Virus record (IMG/VR): IMGVR_UViG_3300011335_000323 | Coordinates: 1 to 33,432 of that record | DNA length: 33,432 nt | Strand: one strand, 5' to 3' | From: a virus | Taxonomy: Duplodnaviria > Caudoviricetes | Shown: one piece after another, positions 17,122 through 23,256 of the stretch | How positions within the stretch are numbered: the first letter of the stretch is position 1 | How the letters are laid out: every line of letters begins with the position of its first letter | Translations under genes and position numbers: made by a program | Notes under the pieces: model-generated | Database searches by the model: none | Seen by the model: only the letters and a program-made list of their open reading frames with translations | Told to the model about the DNA's origin: nothing

Positions 17122-17150
17122 GATGTGTTTCCTTTCAGGAAGTAATTAGT

Positions 17151-17417
17151 TTAACGAAGCGAAGCAGCTTCGCCGCTCAGTGCCACAGATACAATTGTAT
17201 CCCTGTTGATGCAACGATAACCTGCATTCTGCATGTCATACACCACAAGGTATTTGCTGTGGTCAACAGTGGACAAACCACCTTTCAGGTGTTTCTTCAC
17301 ACCTAGTCGGCAATTCATTTTGCGAAGCTGTCCGTCTTTCTTTTTAAAGACTACAGTTACGAATTTGCCTTTGCTTTCAGCAATGAGAGCGGAAAAAGCA
17401 GCAGATATAATGGACAT
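17151..17417 (-). CDS. Sm/SH3-like beta-barrel protein (WYL_2/DUF2693-like)
   Basis: FVTVVFKKKDGQLRKMNC...VVYDMQNAGYRCIN pattern; start taken at MSIISA. Confidence 0.7.
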   Translation of the reverse strand: MSIISAAFSALIAESKGKFVTVVFKKKDGQLRKMNCRLGVKKHLKGGLSTVDHSKYLVVYDMQNAGYRCINRDTIVSVALSGEAASLR

Positions 17418-17640
17418 AAATTTCCTTTGTTGGATAGTTGCTTGATAGATACTCTGTAGCCCAGTGCCACAGAGCATCTTAAAGCGTTCACTGTATAGCA
17501 CCGACCCCAATGCCACTGTGAACACATCCTGCACATATTATCACCATGATATGTCAGCATAGATAGCGGAATTCCCTCGCCGCTACTCAAGCCCAGCCAA
17601 TTTCAGACACCCTGTCACAGTGTCATACTGATACCGGAAT

Positions 17641-17690
17641 TAAATTTTTAAAGAACAATCGGAATAAGCTTCGCTTCACAGCGGGGCTTA
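17641..17690 (-). promoter_or_regulatory. rrn-type boxA-like antitermination element preceded by an imperfect hairpin
   Basis: Minus strand TGTTCTTTAAAAATTTA resembles boxA TGCTCTTTAACA; hairpin at 17665-17690. Confidence 0.5.
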
Positions 17691-17749
17691 ACCCTATAGA
17701 GAAAGTACGATAACCCTCTGCAAAGCCCTTAGGGCTTTACGCAGTGCTA

Positions 17750-18520
17750 TCAGGCTGCTAATGCAATCGGTATATACTTCCTTTCAGGAAGGCTCTTACG
17801 ATCAAACACAAAGCCACTGTAATCAAGCTTCGCTTTGCCTTTGGCATACAGTGCCACAACCACACCCTTTTCCTCTAAGTGACGAATGTCACTGTTATCA
17901 CCACCGATTACAGCCATTCCCCTATGCATCTTCGGAATCGAAGCAACGTCACGGAATACTGTCGCAATTCGCATCCCAAGGGCCACTGCTTTTTCAACAA
18001 AGGGCTGAAAGCCCTGCACACCACTGTCACTGAATGTCAGGTCATAATTTGCTGGAATAAATCTACGATTTACATCCTTGGTGTAGTCGTAGAATTGAAC
18101 GTCAGGGAAAGCAGCAAATATGTTTACATATTCAGTGCCATCGGCATCAATAAAGCTTACAGCTTCCCACCGGATATCACTAGTGCCGTTCAATCGAATC
18201 AGCGCTGTCTTATTTTGCTTTGTTGCTTTAGCAACTAGCTGACGAATATTCATTGCCAATTGCACCATGAAAGAGCTACGCTCTTCGAAAAACCATATTG
18301 TCTTATTGATTCTGCCCTGTGCCACTGTAGACATTGCACCCCGTCCAGCGGTGAATAGGCATCCTTTGCTACATTGGGCAATGACAGCCATGCTGCAAGT
18401 ATTCCACTTCGTGGTGGTTGCTGGGGCCAAGTATAAGATGCCGGTTAAGAAACCAAAGGTTTCACCCTTGACAGTTTTTGCATCTGCACCGATAGAAAGC
18501 AAAGCTTTAGACTTGAACAT
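17750..18520 (-). CDS. Gp88-like protein (Cys cluster, radical-SAM-like)
   Basis: C-x6-C-x3-CL.TAGRG, IRLNGTSDI.WE, FPDVQFYDYTK, NYDLTFS and GDNSD.R motifs. Confidence 0.65.
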   Translation of the reverse strand: MFKSKALLSIGADAKTVKGETFGFLTGILYLAPATTTKWNTCSMAVIAQCSKGCLFTAGRGAMSTVAQGRINKTIWFFEERSSFMVQLAMNIRQLVAKATKQNKTALIRLNGTSDIRWEAVSFIDADGTEYVNIFAAFPDVQFYDYTKDVNRRFIPANYDLTFSDSGVQGFQPFVEKAVALGMRIATVFRDVASIPKMHRGMAVIGGDNSDIRHLEEKGVVVALYAKGKAKLDYSGFVFDRKSLPERKYIPIALAA

Positions 18521-18569
18521 AACGTGTTTCCTTAAGGAAAGATTGTGGCAAAATTGCCGGAGAAACGCT

Positions 18570-18599
18570 ACTGTAGCACACCGATAATAACCCTGTCAA
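18570..18599 (-). promoter_or_regulatory. Sigma70-like early promoter
   Basis: TTGACA-18 bp-TACAGT with an extended -10 TG, intergenic. Confidence 0.6.
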
Positions 18600-18608
18600 C
18601 TGTAGGGC

Positions 18609-18791
18609 TTACCCCGCTTTTCCTTCTACGAAGGCCATGAGGGGAGTCAGAACCAGTGCCATGAAACCGGCAATTATCATGGTGTAACCACCATCACTAC
18701 CCAATGCAACCACACTCACTGCACCACCTATCAGGAATACTGTGGCTTTGAATGCCATGAAGATAGTGAAACTATAGTCAGGTTTTCTCAT
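18609..18791 (-). CDS. Small membrane protein with two predicted TM segments
   Basis: Two hydrophobic stretches; AAAGGA Shine-Dalgarno. Confidence 0.65.
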   Translation of the reverse strand: MRKPDYSFTIFMAFKATVFLIGGAVSVVALGSDGGYTMIIAGFMALVLTPLMAFVEGKAG

Positions 18792-18819
18792 GATATTTTC
18801 CTTTAAATTTTTACAAAAT

Positions 18820-19095
18820 TTACTCTTGAATTAGCAGGGTTTGAACCTCGTGCCATGATGCCCACTGCACCTCTTCTTCAGGCATTATTGCCTCAAGATT
18901 TAGGTAGATGTTAGACATGAATTTTCTGAATGCATGAATTTCTTCAGGGGATGCTTTGAATGCATCTTTGAGGTATTTCACAATTTCAGAATTTTTCTCA
19001 TGAAAATTTTCCAAAGCATCGAAGATGTTATCAAAAGCTGCACCATTGTCGGACAGTACCGATTCAAGGGTTTTGAAAAAAGCGGCTTTTCTCAT
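18820..19095 (-). CDS. Hypothetical protein, first gene of the early arm
   Basis: Start taken at MRKAAFF; the upstream extension in the ORF track is an inverted repeat. Confidence 0.6.
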   Translation of the reverse strand: MRKAAFFKTLESVLSDNGAAFDNIFDALENFHEKNSEIVKYLKDAFKASPEEIHAFRKFMSNIYLNLEAIMPEEEVQWASWHEVQTLLIQE

Positions 19096-19097
19096 TT

Positions 19098-19183
19098 TTT
19101 GTCTTTCATTTTTTTTGAAGAAGAAAGTATTTCCCCTTCTCATACTGATGAAGGGGATACTTTCTTCAAAAATGAAAGACAAA
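19098..19183. repeat. Long inverted repeat (arms about 35-40 bp)
   Basis: TTTGTCTTTCATTTTTTTTGAAGAAGAAAGTATTTCCCCTTC pairs with GAAGGGGATACTTTCTTCAAAAATGAAAGACAAA around a 10-nt loop. Confidence 0.92.
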
Positions 19184-19207
19184 GATTCGCGGGTGATGCG
19201 CCCAGAC

Positions 19208-19281
19208 CTTCTTAAACTAATACAATTCTAGATGCCATCACTGTGTTCTGGCATAAGAATTGTTTTTATTAGTTTAAGAAG
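19208..19281. repeat. Second long inverted repeat
   Basis: CTTCTTAAACTAATA-CAATTCT-ATGCCA pairs with TGGCAT-AGAATTG-TATTAGTTTAAGAAG, with small bulges. Confidence 0.92.
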
Positions 19282-19310
19282 AGTACGCGAGGCTTTTCCA
19301 GCTTTTCCGA

Positions 19311-19365
19311 TTGTCCACAGGTTTTCCACAATAGGCATTTTGTGCGGTGAATAAGCTGTGGATAA
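19311..19365. promoter_or_regulatory. Cluster of four DnaA boxes in two oppositely oriented tandem pairs
   Basis: TTGTCCACA at 19311, TTTTCCACA at 19322, GGTGAATAA at 19346 and TGTGGATAA at 19357 (perfect). Confidence 0.8.
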
Positions 19366-19414
19366 CTCTGTAGTTTTACAATGAAACAACGGCATTTTTC
19401 AGGGCTTGGAAACA

Positions 19415-19430
19415 CTGTGGATTTGAACAG
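19415..19430. promoter_or_regulatory. LexA (SOS) box-like site
   Basis: CTGT-GGATTTGA-ACAG matches the beta/gammaproteobacterial CTGT-N8-ACAG consensus. Confidence 0.55.
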
Positions 19431-19436
19431 CTTTTA

Positions 19437-19550
19437 TACTGGTCAGTCTAGATGCTGTACTGGTCAGTCTAGATTTTAGATGGGTGGTATATATTCCGAC
19501 CCTTCAGTATGTTCAGTGACTGGTCAGTCTGACTAGTGACCAACGAGTCA
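19437..19550. repeat. 17-bp direct repeats with 21-bp period plus related operator-like dyads
   Basis: TACTGGTCAGTCTAGAT at 19437 and 19458, ACTGGTCAGTCT at 19519, and TGACCAACGAGTCA at 19537. Confidence 0.85.
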
Positions 19551-19659
19551 TTAACAAAAAGGTGATTCTGTATCAGTATTCATTCTTATGTAAGTCATTG
19601 AATTCATTGAAGATTTTGAATTCAGGGTGATTCTTTGAATGCATCAGAATAACACCTGC

Positions 19660-19745
19660 CTCCACGCAGCCCTGATCGCGGCCTCGCGCTGCCGTGCGCC
19701 GCCGCGCCGCCACTGACGGGGGTGGGCGTGGGCCACCCGGGGGTA
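19660..19745. other. GC-rich island with four G-tracts; candidate genome terminus or packaging region
   Basis: Abrupt GC-rich stretch between AT-rich flanks at the divergence point of the two arms; the function is inferred. Confidence 0.4.
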
Positions 19746-20368
19746 TGGCGCTATTTGTATATGGCCTCGCACACAGAAGGGGATTTTAACTTTCCCCTTT
19801 ATATGTATATATGTACACAAAAACACACTTCTTGTACACTTTTATGTATATGCAGCTAAACCGTGCTAGAATCGAATAAACACTATATAGGCCACTCAGC
19901 CCTTGGCTGTTGCTTAAGAGGGCTGTAAAGACCCATTGTGGTGGCTTGCTGAGGATGTTGCAATGGAAAGCAATCTCGACTGTGTAATCAACAACTGAAG
20001 TTGTCTTCTTAGTTTCCGGACTATAGGAGGAGAAGAGGGACAATGTACACACAGATGTGTTATGCTCTCATTGAGGCTAAAAGAAAAAAGAAGAAAAGAG
20101 TTGACAGATGCTATCATTGTGTGTAACACTCCAAGCTGTGGGGGGTAGGGGGGCTATGAAGTCTTCATAGTTAATTAGAGCCTCTTAGAGTTCTATAGCG
20201 TTAAAGAAACTGTTTTAATATACAATGGTAGCTATAGTATTTAAAGTAGTTAGACTATTCTTTTATTCTTATTTCTCTTTGTTTTCTAAATTAGAGTTCT
20301 AATTATCTACTTAAGCAATTACAATGCCAATTATGCTACTTAAAAGCTAAAAGCTACAATTCCACATT

Positions 20369-20659
20369 ATGAAACAAACAGAGAGTACAGCATCCACATT
20401 GCTAAGAACAAAGAAAGAATTAGATGCTGAAGGATTGTTATACTCTCCACCCTATTCTGTTATGGCACAGGTCTATATAGCTATGCATAATGACAAAATG
20501 GAAACAGTTCATATTCCTCACAGTGATGTTTACTTTGTTAGAACAGCGCTGGAAAAGCGCACAGGCTACTGGTTCCCTCTTGATGTTGTTGAATATGCAA
20601 TGAAACAAGAAGGATGGAATGATAGGAAAGGAGCTAGTAGGTTTTCTATTAGCGAATAG
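20369..20659 (+). CDS. Hypothetical protein, first gene of the late arm
   Basis: Clean ORF containing HIPHSDVYFVR. Confidence 0.7.
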   Translation: MKQTESTASTLLRTKKELDAEGLLYSPPYSVMAQVYIAMHNDKMETVHIPHSDVYFVRTALEKRTGYWFPLDVVEYAMKQEGWNDRKGASRFSISE

Positions 20660-20662
20660 CAA

Positions 20663-20935
20663 ATGCAAATTAAAAGAGGAACAGAAGTCTTTAGCGGGTA
20701 TAATAAGCCTAGAACTACCCCGCAGCATCCCACCAAGAGCCATGTTGTTTTAGCCAAAGAAGGCGATAAGGTTAAGCTTATTCGTTTTGGACAGCAGGGT
20801 GTTAAAGGAGCAGGAGCCAATCCAACAACAGAAAAAGACAAGGCTAGGCAGAAGAGCTTCAAAGCTAGACATGCCAAGGAGATAGCAATAGGTAAGATGT
20901 CAGCGGGATACTGGTCTGATAAAATAAAATGGTGA
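20663..20935 (+). CDS. Small basic conserved phage protein
   Basis: KLIRFGQQG...RQKSFKARH...SAGYWS.K.KW pattern. Confidence 0.8.
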   Translation: MQIKRGTEVFSGYNKPRTTPQHPTKSHVVLAKEGDKVKLIRFGQQGVKGAGANPTTEKDKARQKSFKARHAKEIAIGKMSAGYWSDKIKW

Positions 20936-20968
20936 TATAACTGGTTTAATATTTAGAAGGAAACAGCA

Positions 20969-21232
20969 ATGGCAACAGCAGCAGAGAAGGTAGCAATGTA
21001 CAGAGAGAAGGCTAAGGATACTAGCCTTCCTCAAGATGTACGCAATGTTTATTTAGACAAGGCTACAGCGCTTGAATACAAAGCATACGAAGAAACGAAG
21101 GCTGGAACCACCAAGTCTTCCACTCCCCCACAGCCATCTAAGATGGCTTATGGTGGTGCAGTGAAGATGGCTAAAGGTGGATATGTTAATTGTGGAGCTT
21201 CGGTTCCTCCTGCTCAGAAAGGCAAGAAATAA
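20969..21232 (+). CDS. Small protein with MAxGG repeats
   Basis: AAGGA Shine-Dalgarno; MAYGGAV and MAKGGYV. Confidence 0.75.
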   Translation: MATAAEKVAMYREKAKDTSLPQDVRNVYLDKATALEYKAYEETKAGTTKSSTPPQPSKMAYGGAVKMAKGGYVNCGASVPPAQKGKK

Positions 21233-21233
21233 A

Positions 21234-21488
21234 ATGGCACTCACTAAGAAAATTGTTGAAGGCAAAGAGATGTATGCTGGCAAGGCTGCAATGATGAAGC
21301 ATGAGAAGAAAGAGCCAATGAAGAAAGAAATGAAAGAAGAGAAACAAGAGAAGATGATGATGGCTAAAGGTGGTGCTGCCAAGAAGGGTGCTAAGTCTCC
21401 TGCTCTGGCTATTGTCATTGGTATGGGCAAGCCTAAGGACAAGATGATGATGAACAAAGGTGGTATGGCTAAGGGCAAGAAGTGCTAA
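21234..21488 (+). CDS. Lys/Met-rich small protein with MxKGG repeats
   Basis: Start taken at MALTKK; MAKGG and MNKGG. Confidence 0.75.
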   Translation: MALTKKIVEGKEMYAGKAAMMKHEKKEPMKKEMKEEKQEKMMMAKGGAAKKGAKSPALAIVIGMGKPKDKMMMNKGGMAKGKKC

Positions 21489-21489
21489 C

Positions 21490-21654
21490 ATGGCTACGAA
21501 ACTTACTAAGAAGCAAACTGCCAAAGTGGGTAAAGTGATGCATGAGTTTAAGGGCAAAGATTTGCATAGTGGCAAAGGTGGCCCTGTAGTGAAGAACCCT
21601 AAGCAAGCAATTGCCATAGCCCTATCTGAAGCTTCACGAATGAAGAAGAAGTAA
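21490..21654 (+). CDS. DUF6496-like small basic protein
   Basis: KVGKVMHEFK...LHSGKGGPVVKNPKQAIAIALSEA. Confidence 0.8.
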   Translation: MATKLTKKQTAKVGKVMHEFKGKDLHSGKGGPVVKNPKQAIAIALSEASRMKKK

Positions 21655-21657
21655 GAC

Positions 21658-22026
21658 ATGCCAAATCTGGCAGCAAGTAAATTTAAAACACAAGGCACTC
21701 GCATAACTGCTACGGCAGCTAATGGGAGTGCTCAAGTTATTTATACTTGTCCACCTAACTTCTCTTCCATTATTAGATTTTTAAATGTTGCTTCTGGAAC
21801 TGTAGCAAACAAGTACATATCTGTACAGTTCTATCATTCTGAAGATGGCACTTATGACTATCTTCTAAATGCCTATGATATGGCAGCAGCTTCTTCGTTT
21901 AATGTTTTGAATGCTGGAATTATGTCTTTGCATCAGAATGATAAACTTGTTGCTTTTACAAACAGTACAAGTAATTTTGACATTGTAGTTTCTGTAGAAG
22001 AATACTTTGACCCTGTTAGGAAATAG
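21658..22026 (+). CDS. Hypothetical beta-rich virion-like protein
   Basis: IYTCPPN...L...DKL pattern resembling small phage structural proteins. Confidence 0.7.
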   Translation: MPNLAASKFKTQGTRITATAANGSAQVIYTCPPNFSSIIRFLNVASGTVANKYISVQFYHSEDGTYDYLLNAYDMAAASSFNVLNAGIMSLHQNDKLVAFTNSTSNFDIVVSVEEYFDPVRK

Positions 22027-22029
22027 TAA

Positions 22030-22212
22030 ATGGCTACTAAAAACAAAAGCACTGTTGCTAGTCCATATACTAAGCCTACACTGAGAAAGAAGATATTGTC
22101 TCAAGTTAAGTCTGCTGCTGTTCAAGGCACAGCCGCTGGCGAATGGTCAGCTAGAAAAGCACAGCTTGTGGCAAAGAAATATAAAGCCGCTGGAGGAGGT
22201 TATAAAACATGA
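22030..22212 (+). CDS. DUF5872-like protein, N-terminal half
   Basis: YTKPTLRKKI...GEWSARKAQL...YKAAGGGY. Confidence 0.75.
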   Translation: MATKNKSTVASPYTKPTLRKKILSQVKSAAVQGTAAGEWSARKAQLVAKKYKAAGGGYKT

Positions 22213-22442
22213 AAGCCTCTCAGAAATCTTTGAAAGATTGGGGCGATCAGAAGTGGACAACTAAATCCGGTAAGCCTTCATCTAAAACTGGAGAGCGCTA
22301 TCTGCCAGAGGCAGCGATAAAGGCTTTAACTCCTGCGGAGTATGCTACCACAACAAAAGCAAAGCGAGCAGGCAAAGCTCAGGGTAAACAATTTGTAGCA
22401 CAGCCTAAGTCTGTTGCTTCTAAAACAGCGAGATATAGATAA
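22209..22442 (+). CDS. DUF5872-like protein, C-terminal half
   Basis: SQKSLKDW..QKWTTKSGK...ERYLP..A...L...EY...KR...GKQFV. Confidence 0.75.
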   Translation: MKASQKSLKDWGDQKWTTKSGKPSSKTGERYLPEAAIKALTPAEYATTTKAKRAGKAQGKQFVAQPKSVASKTARYR

Positions 22443-22813
22443 TGGCAAAAGAACTAGACGAAAGACAAAAGAAATTTCTAGAGATATTGTTTGAAGAGGC
22501 AGCAGGTAATCCTGTTGTTGCAAAGAGATTGGCTGGCTACTCCGAAGGCTATTCCACCAAAGAACTAATTAACTCTTTGAAAGAAGAAATCTCTGAAGCC
22601 ACAACATTGTATATTGCTATGAACGCACCCCGTGCTGCCTGTGCTATAATTAGTGGCATTGATAGTCCTACTCAATTGGGATTGAAAGAAAAGCTAAGCG
22701 CTGCTAAGGATATGCTGGATAGAGCTGGTCATGTTAAGACAGACAAAGTTCAAGTTGAAGCCATGAATGGCATTATGATTTTACCTGCCAAGGATAAATC
22801 CGAGGAAGACTAA
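22442..22813 (+). CDS. Putative terminase small subunit
   Basis: N-terminal L.ERQKKFL...A...AGYS HTH-like segment, AAKDMLDRAG, and position upstream of terL. Confidence 0.65.
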   Translation: MAKELDERQKKFLEILFEEAAGNPVVAKRLAGYSEGYSTKELINSLKEEISEATTLYIAMNAPRAACAIISGIDSPTQLGLKEKLSAAKDMLDRAGHVKTDKVQVEAMNGIMILPAKDKSEED

Positions 22814-23256
22814 TGACTGAACGTACTGCTGGTAAGTGGATACTGCCACAGCCAGAAGGTAAGGAATATGTTTCAGTACCTCAGTTGTCTAGGACAATAC
22901 CGTTTGGCTACAAGAAAGATGAAGAGAATAAAGGGTGGCTCCTTCCTATTCCGTTAGAACTAGATGCTCTTGAGGAAGCCAAGAAATATCTTAAGCAATA
23001 TTCATACAGGCAAGTTGCTGCTTGGATTACAACAGCAACAGGAAGGCATCTTTCTCACACAGGACTAAAGAACAGAATAGAACATGAACAGTCGAACAGG
23101 AGAAAATCTTCAACTTACCGCCTCCTTGCCCAGCGGTACGAAGAAGCCCTTAGGAAGGCCGAAGAATACGAAAAAAGAATCGGAACCGAAGGCAGCTACT
23201 TCAAGTCCGATCATTTTAGAGACATCTCTTCCAGCTTCAGAACCAGCGATATCTAA
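22813..23256 (+). CDS. Putative DNA-binding protein (PFGY / HTH, recombinase-domain-like)
   Basis: SRTIPFGY...E...L......SYRQVAAWI...TGR..SH.GL. Confidence 0.65.
   Translation: MTERTAGKWILPQPEGKEYVSVPQLSRTIPFGYKKDEENKGWLLPIPLELDALEEAKKYLKQYSYRQVAAWITTATGRHLSHTGLKNRIEHEQSNRRKSSTYRLLAQRYEEALRKAEEYEKRIGTEGSYFKSDHFRDISSSFRTSDI

Larger units (their letters stand above)
14387..18540 (-). repeat. Dispersed gene-junction dyad (AC)TTCCTGAAAGGAAAC
   Basis: Copies at 14387-14401, 15545-15561, 15800-15813 (variant), 16269-16286, 16526-16540, 16886-16903, 17127-17143 and 17777-17791 (intragenic). A related palindrome TTTCCTTAAGGAAA lies at 18527-18540. Confidence 0.95.

Noticed and set aside
14387-17143. 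Junction repeats as a CRISPR array or as integron attC sites
   Set aside because: Spacing is irregular (hundreds of bp of coding sequence), the repeat is only 13-18 bp, there are no cas genes, and there is no RYYYAAC/GTTRRRY attC architecture. The 3-bp centre is also shorter than typical tyrosine recombinase spacers.
19144-19180. CTGATGA...GAAA as a hammerhead ribozyme core
   Set aside because: CTGATGA lies in the loop and arm of a long inverted repeat, and I could not build stems I-III around it.
249-19231. Plus-strand ORFs in the left arm (e.g. 5058-5420, 8398-8760, 12744-13220)
   Set aside because: They are antisense shadows of well-supported minus-strand genes and have no recognisable motifs.
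19644-20129. Short ORFs in the divergent region
   Set aside because: They have atypical composition and no clear RBS, and they overlap low-complexity and G-rich signals.
20101-20129. TTGACA-17 bp-TAACAC as the late-arm promoter
   Set aside because: The -35 is perfect but the -10 is poor; possible, but not supportable from sequence alone.
22030-22442. Split DUF5872-like gene as a fourth frameshift
   Set aside because: The second half has its own GGAGG Shine-Dalgarno and an ATGA overlap, so it reads as two coupled genes.
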